Assembly (NCBI GenBank): GCA_000708835.1
Contig: DF237012.1
Location: forward strand, 1 to 64,000
Length of the DNA: 64,000 nt
Reading direction: 5' to 3'
From: Klebsormidium nitens
Taxonomy: Eukaryota > Plantae > Klebsormidiophyceae
Below the pieces are notes generated by a model. The model saw only the letters and a list, made by a program, of their open reading frames with translations. It was not told the origin of the DNA and ran no database searches. The translations under genes were made by a program, and so were the position numbers. Shown in pieces: positions 1 to 12,268 of the stretch (positions are counted from its first letter, which is position 1; each line of letters begins with the position of its first letter).

Positions 1-678
1 GGTGGGTTTCAAGCTTCCCAAAACTTGCTAATCTACGTTTGACGTCCTCTCCAACCCGGTTGACGCCGGGGCGCTTTGACTGTCTCCACGTCCTACCAAG
101 AAATGCACCTTAAGCAATCAGATCATTTCCCCAAGCAAGTCGTTAACCTAGCAGGAAGTCTTTGACCACAAGTTTAGGTAAGCAAACACCACCGTTAACA
201 CAAACGTCACCTAAACCAGCTAATGTAGTCAGCAACCCGGGACTATTACACACTGCGAATGGGTTACCGGGCGTCTTTACGTACCATAAACCCTCGTCGT
301 TTAGCTTAACCGTGACCGAAACCAGCCGCGGAACGTCGGCCCCGAGCACCCCCTCAGTTTCTACCGACCTGTACAGAACCTGACCTGACCGACGCACCCA
401 CTTTATTACTTTTATTACACACAAAAACTGCGGAGCCTCTCTAGATGAGCGACTCGCTCCCAAAGAACAAATACAACGCTCCGAACCTCATTCTAGCTGA
501 GATGGGCTGTTTACAAATCCCCTTTCAGGGGGAGTGCTCTCCTGAGGTCAGCAGCGGCTGAAACATTTGCATCAGAACAGCCTGTTCTGACGCGTACTAA
601 TTTCTTCTCCTTTCAAAACAGACCCTTTCTTCCCCCGCCGTTTTGTGGACGCCATGACACTGGGTGCGTTTGCGGACG

Positions 679-3600
679 TCAGCACCGGCTGCCGGCTGAC
701 GTTTTGGAGCTTTTCTTGGCCTTGTGGCTGGCGTTGAAGCAGGCCTGGCGGAACTTTTTGGTCTCTTGGGCCATCGTCAGGCCGGGAGACTCAGAGATGC
801 GCTTCTTCTCGCCCTCGAGCCGCTGCAGAGTCTCCTCGACCTGCTCGCAAAACTTTCATGTTAGCACAAGGAGGACCGGGTTAGGGAGATCGGGTCGAAG
901 GGTCCCAACTAGGAGGAGGCGGCGCGCATACAGGAAGGAAGTACGGGCTCTAATTCAAGGGGCTTATCTCCTCCTAAATGCAAAGCACATCCAGGACAAG
1001 ATTTCGTCAGAAAATAACGGAGCCGCTTGGACTCGCAGGTTATCTCCGCTGTTAACCCAAGCGCGAACCAAGCCACATGGCCCTCCCGCTATCCGAATAG
1101 CAGACAATCCGGTATCACGTTTCCAGTTTCACCCCCCTGACACGTGAATCTTGAGCGACTGCGGCCAACTCGGCCGGTTGATCGATTGGCAGTTTGTGAC
1201 CCACCTGTTTGGCCGAAGTTCCCTCGGCGCTCGGCCCCAACTCGTTGATCGCTCGGATGAGCCCCTCGATGCTCTTCACCTTGCGGTACGGCCACCGGGG
1301 GATGTTCAGGTCGCGGCAGCGCCGTTTCAGCACCTGTGGCGTGGAAAGAAGGTTAGACGAAGTCATTAATTGGACTTTTGTCAAGCGCTTTTGCGATGAC
1401 AGATCCCGGACTCTGAATTTCCTGAAAAGTGGGGTGACAAGGTGAGCCCACATGACCTGATTCAAGGCTGTGCTAGATAATTGATCCGGAACGGTGTTGA
1501 AAAGGATCAAAATGATTATCTGTACTATATATTACCTCGTTCAACATCTCAGAAGAGGGTCGAACGAATTTTCGCGAAGACAAGTTGAAAGCATCTTTGC
1601 TTTGATTCCCCGGAGCTCAAAGAACAAAGATAAGAGGAAACTAGACGAGGCAGAAAATCTTACAGTGGATCCGATCCCCAGGGCCTTGCATGCCTCCGAC
1701 ATGGGCATGTCGAAGTACGGCGTCAGGTCCTCCACCGTCAGCTTTCCGGCCCGCTTCAGCGGCGCCCGGAATCCGTCCGGGGGGCGGAACCGCGACTTGG
1801 CGGGCGTGAGCCCGCTCAGAACGGGGCCTTTCAGCGGGTACGGACTCGACTCGGCCTCGCCCGGCGCGCCAGTGTCGAGCTCCATTTCTTGGGAGCTCTC
1901 AGAGCTGCTCGCGGCCCGGGGGGATCCCCCGGCGTCCTCCTGCGCCCGGTTGGCGTCCTCCGGGCAGTGTCTGGTCTCCACGCAGTCCATCTCTTCCGCC
2001 CGGTTGCTAATCCCCGGGCAATTGTTGGCCCCCGGAAGATCCTCCAGCTCGAGGAACACCGGGTCGGAGCAGGCGGGGAGCAGCGACGAGATGGTCGGTT
2101 CCCCGGGCCACGACTTCTCCCCCGAGTCCGAGCTCTCCACTTCGGGGGGCTCGCACGGGAGGCGGATCTCGCCCCCCCCCTGCAGCGACGCCAGGTCCTC
2201 CCCTTGCAGCGACCGGTAGATGGAAAGGAAGGTGCCTCCCAGATTTAGCTGCGCCGGGGAGGTGGGGTCACCCTCTCGTATAGCCCGGTTACCAGCCCCC
2301 CGTATCGGGCTCGTCTCGTCCCCTGGGGCCTTCGATTGCTGCCACGTGTCCCCTGAGGAGATCGCGGCCTTCTCGGCCCTCGTCAGCTTGACCCCCTGCC
2401 GGGGAATTGGGAGCTCCAGCTCTTCCGCCCGCACTTGACCCTCGGGGGATCCCCCCGGGGCGTTTTCGGCTCGAGCCACTTTGGAAAGGGCCGACTGGGG
2501 GGCCTCGGCGGAAGGCCCTTTGAGGTTGCTCGTGGCGCTGCTCGTGCTCGGTTCTTCGCGGGGGGCATCCCCGGGGCCCCCGAACCGGGGGCTGAGCTTC
2601 TTGGGCGCGCGGATGTTGAGGAAGACGGTGCCCATGGGCGACGAGAGTTTGCGCGGGGGGGGGCCCGAGAACGAGTGCAGGAACTCCGGGGGGGGGGCCA
2701 GTCGGAGGCGCGCAGGGCCGTACTGGGCAGCGTCGGGTTTGGTGGGCGTGGGAGGGGGGGGGACGAAATTGGTGAGCGGGGCCGGGAGGGGGGGAGGGAA
2801 GGTTAGTGTGAAGGAGTCGGCTGTGTTGAAGCCGTTGGAGACGGGCACCGGGGGGGCGCTTGGGGCCTTTGGGAACACTGCAGAAAGAGGGGATGTGGTT
2901 AAGCTTATGGAGATTCCAGCAACCGAGTTTGGAAACCTGCAAGAAAAGACATCGTTCTCAAGCCGGTCTGGCGTATTGATGTGTGTGCTTGGCTACAATC
3001 TCAGAAGAGACGAAGCGGATTGAGAACGTGCAAGCATCAACGGATCTGACGTCCAGCACTTTTGTCCAGTCCCACGAGAACAGCTGTCGAATCCAGAGGG
3101 CACAAGCGTGCGAAGGGTCGTCAGGATCCCCTAATTAGGGTGAGTCTTAACCCCTCAATCCAAGCAACTCTAAAAGCATTACGGAACAGCATCTTACGTG
3201 GATGAAGGTTCTCCTTTGGAGGCGCCACAGAGGGGTTCGGCGGCGGCGCGCTGAGTGAAAAGCTACCGAGAACTTCCGGAATAGGCTCCATCTCTCCAGG
3301 GGGGCTGGGGCTTCGGAGGATCAGCTCTTCGAAGCTGCGGCACTCTGGCGTGCGCGCCCAATTGCTGCCAAAACCGGCTGTGGCAAACGACGTCCTGAGA
3401 AACAAGAAACGGAGAGGGTAAGGAAGGGACAAAGAAGCTGTCTCTCTCTGCTCACTGCACAAATGGTAAACTCATGGATTGCTTTGAGTACGTTTTATCT
3501 GTTTTGAAAAGGTTCCTGTCAAGCTCTCCAATCGTCATGCGGTCAGGACCAAGGACGGAAACAACGGAACGGAACGAAGCGTAGAGCCTAGAGCCGGCTG

Positions 3601-4320
3601 CCCCACCCAGCTTCGCAAGGAGGGAAAGAACGGAACGGAGCGGAACATGGAGAACGGAAGGACAGCTTACTTTGAGCACGCGGCGGAGGCGCTCTCAGCC
3701 GGCTGCCCGCCCAGCTTCGCGAGCTCTATCACGGTTTCCACGTAAGTGAGGTCGTTCGCAATCGTCGGCAGCATGTTGAGAAGCGGGTTGCTGCACAGGA
3801 GGAACGCTTGATGAGCCGGTGACCTGGTTATCAAAACCCAACTCAACGCCCTTTTGTTTTGATTGATGCTCAATCCACTTGGTCGCTTCTAACCTTGCCG
3901 TGCAAGCAGATCGCCTTGTCTCTGACTCATACAGTCCACAAAATCCATACAGCTCACAAGATGTATGGCCAATCTTTGGCAATCGCAAAAACGACCGATG
4001 CTTCTTCAGACACGTGGCAACTCTGTCGGGGATTGCAGTAAGTCCCGCGTTTAAGCGTCTAGGCAAAAGAGTCAGAAAATCGACACTGCATCTCACGTAA
4101 AGCACAAGAAGGTCAAGGGAAGCCCTTACCTTTTTGGAGATAGCAGCGGGTTGATCGACGCAGGCGCCGGCAAGTAGTCTGCGTAGTCGAGGATGCAAGT
4201 CCAGTCCCTGTCGGCCTTCTGGCGGACCATGAAGCGCAGCGACTCCGCTTCGCTGGAAAAGAATCTGAACGCAGAGAGAGTTTCGCTCCGGTCAGGTGCG
4301 AGTAAGGCTGCCGAGCTCAT
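679..4320 (-). CDS. RKD: RWP-RK transcription factor, RKD type (6 exons, about 681 aa)
   Basis: Exons 4130-4320, 3671-3823, 3198-3394, 1664-2877, 1205-1333 and 679-840 join in frame with GT-AG boundaries (2046 nt). The spliced RWP-RK domain reads LTVEDLTPYFDMPMSEACKALGIGST|VLKRRCRDLNIPRWPYRKVKSI. It is followed by the RKD-type C-terminal motif ETKKFRQACFNASHK. The start ATG is the least certain part. Confidence 0.88.
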
Positions 4321-7300
4321 GAACGATTTTGAACAATGCAGTCCGAGATGGGCAGTTGGTTAGTATTACTTTGAGCTAACCAAGTGTGAACGTTCCTGGT
4401 GACTGCAGTGCTAAGGAAGCGCACAATCAGCCGGGCAAAGCAGCAGAAGTGGGAAAGGTAGAGTGTAGAAGTGCGCTGGTACGGCCACGCTAAGAAGTCG
4501 AGGTCCTATCGCAGATGCCTTTGCCTTTGCCTTCGAAGCAACGGTACTCTGACTGTTTTGGTCACACCTCAACTTTCGTCACGGAGTCAGCCTGTGCGGC
4601 CCTTATGCACCTTTGAAATGATGCTTCTAAGGTGAAGATGACAAGAGTGTATACGGAATGAGGACGTTGAAAGAGAAAGCTAGGGGCCTCACATTCCGAA
4701 TGGCTCGTGAAGGGCGTAGTAGCCGGTGGGTACGAGCGAGAAACCTTGTTGCAGAGCCATGTATTGGCCCCCCTGAGAATATATTTGCACGCTCCGAATG
4801 TTCTCTGCAAAGAGGAGGGCTGGGTCTGCAAAATGTTGGGGGTCGGCTTTACCCACACAGGTCTAGATGTCAGCTTTTGCCTCAACCAAATTCTTTACAG
4901 ATGCCTTTCAAAGGTGCTCCAGTGCACACAATCGTGACTGCTCTCTGCCATCAATAAAAGTGCATGAAAAGCTCTTCTTCTAGCATCGTTGAGCTTCGCT
5001 GACTTGCCAGGGTTCACAGAACACATGGCTTTTGGAAAGTATGCTGTCAAGGTAGTCAGCAAACCCCGAACCTACAAAACCTGGATTGTGTGGAACACAC
5101 TTGCTTCATCTACAAAGTATGCCAACTTCACTCATAGGTTTCTTCTGACATGCGCAGCTCCACTGGGCATGAAAGGAGGAAAGAGCACTTGAAAGGAGGA
5201 ACTGAGCACTTCAGTGCACCACTGGCAGGGCTGGGAACCCTTAGATATACCACAACTCCTACCAGCTTTCCCTCAGCTTACTTCCCCTACTTACCCTGCT
5301 TCTCCCTGTCTTGGAAGACAGCTATGGCGTCAAGCTTGAAGCCAGGGGGGGAGTGATCTTCCGGAGATGGGCTCCTTCCCTGGGGTTGCGCGCCCATGCC
5401 TTGATGACGTGGCATGACATCGGCCCACGTGGGCGCCGGGCTCTCAGCAATCATGGCTGCGCCGGGCGCAAGTGTCAGGACTCCACACTTCTTGACACCA
5501 CTACGTCACTGCGCGGTCCTGACGTCAGTATTTGTCAGCAACGCAAGCGTCAATGTTTGGAGAAGTTATGAGGACCTGCAAGAAGAGGAAGGGAGAGGGG
5601 TCACGACCTGTCTGCGGTGATGATTGGGGGGGTTTGGGATAAGTGCGGAAGCGGGTGAGTGTTTCTTTAGAAGTAGAAGAGGCACTGGTGTTCTGGTGCG
5701 GGAAGGAAGGAGTCTTGGAAAAAGTGCATAACGCACGCACCCCTGAGAATGTGCCCTGACGCCCATAGGCTCCACCTAGCCTTTCACAGATTCTGCTGAG
5801 GGTTACAAGTGCCACGACTGCAAAGAAAATGTCTAGGAAGCTGAACTGGTCTCTTGAGTCAACTGAGCCCAAGAACCATGAGTGGGACTCTGACACAGCG
5901 CTCCAAGACTTGGCTGCAAGAAGTTGAAGGTAGAAGCCTTCGGAACAGATACGAGCGTTTCCGTTATTGTGAAACAAGGAACTAATGTGGACCACTTTAT
6001 TAGGTGGTGGGTTGTGCGAGGAAGACAAGAGTTAGTAGCTTGGCTTGAAGACCTTCAGAACGTTATTTGTTACCACGTTCTGAAACCCTGCTGCTGCAAG
6101 GCACTTTGGATAAAGACTCAAGTCTGAGCCTGGCCGGAGTTATGTGGAAGAGCATGCAAGAAAGCAGTGTTGCAAAGGAGTGCCTAGGTAGTTGTTTTGT
6201 GAACTCCTCAGGTATGTTTCATCAATGACGTGAAACGAAAGTGGAGTCAAACGAAAAGCTTCTTTTTCTGGCTATCTAGGCAGTCCATCTGAAGAGGTTA
6301 TCACTCCTTGACCCAAACATGAGTGAGCTCCAGAATTACTAACGGACTCTCAAAGAAGGCAGCTCTGAACCACCTTGCTTTGGAAGTTTAAAGGCACCTT
6401 GGTTGTAGTAAGACCTTAAACTAGGTTCGCGCACTGGTCTGTTGTTGCAGCCTTAAATGGAGGTCTGTAAGTGGTGGATTGGTCCCTGTTTCGTCCGGAA
6501 GCTGCAGAGCTTTTAGCACTGCCTAATTTTCAATGGCCCACCAGATGTTCTAAAGAGTAGGTATTGTAGGACCTGTTCAGACAGAAGGTAGAGGACTCTT
6601 CTCGACAGCCCACCAAATGGTCTGAATGGACAGCAGGTTCTGTAGCTCTGGTTGCATTCACTTAGTGGGAAGTGCATACTGATTGATTTGAAAACATCTC
6701 TTCTCAGTATATCAATGCATCGGGATGACACTTTCTGCACGTGCCTCAGCCAGGTCATGTCTTTCCAGAGTCTTTCTAGAGTCTTTAGGCAGGCGGGTGA
6801 CGAACCAGTCAGGAAGCTTAAAGATAAGGCATAGCTGAAACTTCACCCTATACAACGGTATTGGTAAGGCCCTTAGTCTCTTTCTTTGGAGGAAGACCAA
6901 AGTAATAGTCTCACCTGTCAACTCAAATGGTGCCATGAGGAGGTCTGCGCCAACCGCTGCTCCCAGAGAGCAAGCTGCATGGCGCACGCACCTGCCAAAA
7001 GAAAGAATACCATTTGCCACCTTGATAGTCTGAGCACACTTCAGACGCAATGCAGGCCTGATAGAGGGTGGTGCAGACTGAGTGGTGGGCGTTTGAGACT
7101 CCACCGGTATCTCAAGGATCCAGACCATGACAGACAGGGGACTCCAAGGATTTGGGATGCTTGACCAGCTGTCAAAACCAGGAAAGATTGTCTGCTTTAC
7201 CTGTAACTCTTGCCTGCGCTAGTGGCACCCCCCCTGAAGAGTGTTGGGTAGCGGCCGTGTCGCTAATGCTTATTGTGAATCTCTGTGACGCAACAACCAA

Positions 7301-7529
7301 GGTGACAACACCCAGCTGTGACGGACGTCAGCTGCGTTTGCACAGAAGCTCACAAGAATGCGAGCTCAAGATTGACTGCAAAGAAGCTTTTGCTCAACCA
7401 TGGTGCAGCAACGAGCTTCTTTGAAGCCCCGAGCTTCTTGAGGTTCTTCTTCCTCCTTTTCTGAAAAGGGAGGATTGGGGGCGGCCGGGCAGAAGCCCCA
7501 TCTGTCAAGATGACGAATTAATCCGTCTG

Positions 7530-7745
7530 AGCTGAAGTCAGGAACTCAGCTCGTGCAGAACTCCAGTCTGTTTGCTTTGACCCTGAGCTAGCTAGGGCGG
7601 CCCTATCTCAGCTCGAACTGGTTCCATGATGGAAACACTGACAGTCTCGAGCTGATCAGTTCGGAACCAGAAATTACCAGCAATGAGTCCAGTCTGCAAT
7701 GTGCAATATGATAATAGGTATGAGCTCAGAGTCGGAGTCACGAAA
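7530..7745. repeat. Cluster of GAGCT/AGCTC-based imperfect inverted repeats, possibly a decayed transposon end
   Basis: Several CTGAGCT/TCAGCTC/CTCGAGCTG words and an imperfect hairpin CTGAGCTAGCTAGGGCGGCCCTATCTCAG at about 7583-7611. The cluster ends in GAGCTCAGAGTCGGAGTCAC (7722-7741), which recurs at 11143. Confidence 0.35.
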
Positions 7746-8499
7746 CATTAGTATTAGACCCTGTCAGCTCGGTTTTAACGGCCTTTTTGTACGCGTGACG
7801 CGCATGGCGAATCTTGGGCACATTGGAAGTCACTTGGTCGCCAATTGACGTCACAGGGTCAGTACAGTCGGGTCGATGTCTGGCTCCTTTTTCCGACTTG
7901 CGGGCGCCAACCAATAGATGGGGCGTCCGCAGGTAGGAGTCGAAATCGGTACCTCTAATAAATCCAGATATTCCCGTCCGTCAAATCACGTTGAAGGCTG
8001 GTATTTCGGAAGCTGGTCAACGAGCCGTCACAGGGTGACGCCGGATTCTCAACCTGTCAGCAGGCAGCAGATATACCTATTATCTAGGTATACTATGCAC
8101 ATATGTGCACGAGTCCCGACACTTGCACCCCCTGAATTAATAAAAGGGGGTGCACCGGGACCTCATTATTGCGCATTTTTTGCCGGCCGACGCTTTGATA
8201 ATCGACTTGTTGGATATCTAGAAGGTTTTCCCGGATTTTTCCGACTTTTCCTGGGCCCTTCGAGCTTCGGACGAGTCTTGCATGGCTGCTTCCAAGCGCT
8301 TCCATACCCTTCGCTTCTTACAAACCCCCGGGTATGCTTGTTCCGAGCTGGACGTCGTCCACCTAGCTGGCAGGTTCCCCTTCATGGCAGCCAATATGTA
8401 TATATTGCCGGCCCATGTTTAACCGGGGTCTACTACCCCAGTGATGGCTTGCAGCTAACACGTCCTGGACATTTTTCCTCTTCCAATGAGTCAACTACT

Positions 8500-11400
8500 A
8501 CAGTAGCGCAGATTGGCAAGGTTGTCTGATCAGGTTGTTGGCTAACCTTTACTTATAGCCTCAATTTGGGATTCCTCACGGGAAAAACCAGCAGATCTCT
8601 GCTGAGAAGCTGCCCGAGGCGCTGAGCCAACAAAATGCGCTAGGATCACGTGAGCGGCGACGTCTCATTGACACATCATTGCACCGATCAGTGATCACTG
8701 ATCACTGTATGTCGCACACCGGCGTGTTGGTAGATACGGCAGCCAAAAAGTACCCTAGCTAGAACTTCAAGGGAAACCAGACGTCGGTGATATCGGGGCA
8801 CCAGTGCTAAGTGCACTGAGTGCAGTTGCTCCGTACGGGCCCAATTATAAAGCTTCATGCAGTATTAAAAATTCGATCTCTATGACCGGAAGAATATTAT
8901 TGCCAAAGCTGACCTCAGACCGGGACGATCGAATATTCAGACCCTATAATTCCAACCTCCAAGTTTGAAGTTTCGGGGACGTATGTTGTTTCGATCGGTA
9001 CTTATGTAATATGTAGGAGCCTGATCTACGCAGATATCCTGGTAACGTGGGGGTTCAAGATATCTGAGACCGGTACGTGCTACAGCCTACCCATGACCGG
9101 CCGCATCGGAGCGCCATCCAGTCACCGGGTTTGTATGTACCGGTAGGTACAGTGTTACACTATCCTCAAGGAGGATGAGCTCAGGACTACCTGCTCGACT
9201 TATGAGTACTTAAAATATATAAAACCCCGCAATCACGTTCATGGCTGGTCCAGTTATCATAGTCCCCACCTTACCCTTATCGAAAAGAAATAAAGGATAC
9301 GAGCTAGCCTTGCCTCCAAATGCAACCAACAACTGAAATTAATTAGGGTTATACCTATACCAATTGTGACCACTGCGATCGACGTGCCAACATGGCCGCA
9401 TTTTGCGAGCGTAAAAATAGGATGAATTGACGTCATTTAAAGGCGTTGTGATGTAGGATTGAGCTTCTGTGACACGGAACATATTGGTAGCTGGAGCCTA
9501 CGACATGAAGACGTCAGACCGTATTTTTTGGAAATCCAAGTACCGGTAGGATGCCAAGAACCTGGGGACCAAATCTGACAGCTGACAGGTAGAGATCCGA
9601 ATTGTGAGAGGTTAAGGTCCTGACTTCGACTCCAAGCTTCGAATACCCTAATCGAATGTTCGATCCGAGAAACGGTAGCCTGCCAGGGCCAAGTGAAGCA
9701 AAACCAAACACGTATCCGAGGGTTATCGGTGGTTTCTGTTACACACTTCACGCGCTAGGAGCCTAGGCCGGTTGTGATGACTTACACTTCAAGCCCTACG
9801 TAACCTCGGTGGATGTAGCGCTACCGTGACTATAACCGGTATTCGATATCGATGTTGATCAAAAAAAGCATACATAAACAATTACGTTCCGGTCAGTGAT
9901 CAGCCAGTGCGGCAAGTGGCCAAGCAGTGAGCAGTGAGCAGAGTACCGGTATACCGGTACGTAACTTGGTAGTAGGTACCTACATGCTTACAAGGTTAAC
10001 CTACCTACTCTATGGAGTGCCCACCTAGAAGGTACGTACCAGGACAGGGTAGGTTCTAGGCTAAGTGACTACGCGCCGCGTACCTGTTGCTTGGGAATAC
10101 CGGTATAGGTATTTGAAAGCAGCAAAAGCTAGAGCCTTAGACCATGTATACCTAAGTTGAGATTGCATTCGATAACACCGGTAGGTACATTTAGTACGTG
10201 ACACTGCAGGCACTAAGTACGTACTGTGATGTGTTTACTTCGTACGTGGCTCCCAGGCTCGTGGAGTTCCGCTCGTATCCCATGCTAGGCTCCGACTGTT
10301 TGACAGTCTGTCCGACTCTGACAGTCTGACAGTAATTACTGGTCTAGATACATAATGCATCCTAAGCGCTGGAGTTTAAACTTTAAAGTTTACAGGTAGG
10401 AACAAGTTATAACTCCCGGCCTTGTCTCCTAACTTCTCAGGGGCTTGTCTCTTTTCAAATGTAGGGGCCCCGGGGGCCGGGCACCTCAGCTAAAACCCCT
10501 AACCCAAAATCACAACGTGCTAGCTCCGCACGTCCATTACAAAAAATAACCACCAACCCTACCTACCCGGCCGTCCCCCGTGTCAGAAACCCTAGGAAGC
10601 TAGGAGACAAGGCTCAAGCCCCTTAGGATTTTGGAAACAGTTGAGAGGGAATTCACGGGGGTATCCTGATTCCTGACTGACTTAACCCAAAGGTTAAAGC
10701 AGAACTGCTATGTACGTGCTAGTTGTGAATGCAGGGTAACTCGAACAATGTAACTAACCGCACATAACTGGCTTAACTTGAAGTTGTACGCCGGCCAGGC
10801 ATGGATGGCGTATCCATGCTGCAGTAACCGGAGCTTCAATTAAGACTGTTCAATATAGTTAATTAGGTACCAGTCACCGTACCACACTCTCGAGTCTCGA
10901 ACTGAACACTAGGGGAGGTAGATTCGAGCTAATAGGGGTCTTGTAGCGTCTGAAGTTTGAACTACCCAGAGTCTAGACTCTACCTATCTTCGTAGACGGT
11001 ATACCTAGTATACCGTAGGTATGGGTGTGCACTGTGAACCCGGTCGTCCGTACCACCAGTAGGTGACGTTTAGTACAAAAGTATTTACCTTATATGAGAA
11101 GTATCCATATGAATCGCTGCACTGGACTTACAATGCGGCCACGAGTTCCGAGTCGGAGTCACTACTGGTGAACTGTACGGAAGTCGCCTCGGGAGGGGCT
11201 CGGGCGGTTGCGAAGTTGTCAGTGTACGGCAGCAAAAGTTTTGAGACGTAGTTACGACCTATAGGCTGTATATTTTAATATGGCAGCATTAAATTTGCAG
11301 GCGTTTCTGTTTTAATGTTGCAGCCTAAAAGCTTTGCGGTACCTATTATAACCTACTAGGTAGCTACGTAGTAGGTCCTACACTAGATCGACCAATGTGC

Positions 11401-11700
11401 ACATTTCAATGTCCTAAGTACTGTGACTCACTCGGAACTCCGCTGACTCACTACCATATTGCTCTGCAGGCTGACATGCATGCGTATAAGATCTGAATGT
11501 GCAGTCACCCTCAACCGCACCGACGTCATTCTTCACTAGAGGTTTGACGTCATTCTTCTCGCTGAGGAGGTGATGCTAGGTAGATCGCACTGAACTTTCC
11601 CGGACACTCGGAAGCAGCGTTTCTATAGGGCCGGGGACCCCCCGGGGTCCGGACTCCCGTACTACTGCACAGCGATCGGAACCAAGTTCAGAACCAGTAC
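8500..11700. other. TpA/GTAC-enriched non-coding domain with many palindromes (probably decayed repeat DNA)
   Basis: About 29 GTAC in 8701-11460 by hand count, against about 11 expected at uniform composition. ACCGGTA occurs 8 times in 9069-10183. Perfect palindromes lie at 8686-8703, 9943-9960 and 10377-10392. There are no credible ORFs. Confidence 0.6.
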
Positions 11701-11753
11701 CTATCTCGATTAGATTGCAAGTTCGACAGGGGACTCGCTCGACGTCTCACAAG

Positions 11754-12268
11754 CAGTGTTTACCACGAACCGACTTGCAGTGGTATTGCGACCGACCAAA
11801 ATTGAAAGTGACCGACTCCAACGATTGTGGCCGGCCGCAGGCCGGCTGGAAAGCCGACCACTATGAAGGTGGTCGGCTGCCCAAACCGTCCTGTTTCTGA
11901 GATCGAAGTCGGTCCCAGCCGGGTAGGCCACTAGTGGTCGGTAGGCCTTTTCTCAGACTTTTGGCACTATTTGAACCTTCAGAGACCTTGACACTAGGCC
12001 AAAGTGTGGTGGAGAGGATCGGGTGACTTTTGGGCTGTAGTGTCACACTTAGAACTTGCGGATTAGTGCTCTGGCCAAGCAGGGCCTACTGTCAGTGGCA
12101 GAATTCGCGCCGGGTAACCGACCCAAGAGAGCGCACCCGGCCCACAAAAAACCGACAAAAATCAAGGTGGTCGGCCCGGGCAAACCGACCAACGGCCTCT
12201 TCCAACCGACTGCTTCAACAGGGACCCTCTGGGCAGCCCGCTATCTCAAATCTTCGTGGTAAACACTG
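11754..12268. mobile_element. Non-autonomous hAT-superfamily DNA transposon (MITE), 515 bp
   Basis: Perfect 16-bp terminal inverted repeats CAGTGTTTACCACGAA (11754-11769) and TTCGTGGTAAACACTG (12253-12268). An identical 8-bp target-site duplication CTCACAAG sits at 11746-11753 and 12269-12276. About 12 internal CCGAC/GTCGG motifs, no ORF. An 8-bp TSD with CAGTG ends is the established hAT signature. Confidence 0.92.

Noticed and set aside
143-463. Overlapping ORFs on both strands at the left edge
   Set aside because: No recognisable domain, atypical codon use, and I cannot tell which strand, if either, is a terminal exon of a neighbouring gene.
1494-3023. Long plus-strand ORFs (241, 180 and 123 aa), and similar shadows such as 55166-56059 (-)
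   Set aside because: Antisense or alternative-frame shadows of GC-rich exons of the RKD gene and the 607-aa ORF.
4900-7450. Fragments such as YKCHDCKENV and SLRNRYERFR hinting at a decayed transposon ORF
   Set aside because: Short, stop-riddled and not assignable to any family by eye; no TIR, LTR or TSD found.
11600-11660. The mirror-image (reversed) sequence matches AGGCCTGGGGC at about 53686
   Set aside because: An 11-mer match is expected many times by chance at these lengths, so it does not show that the GTAC-rich block is reversed.
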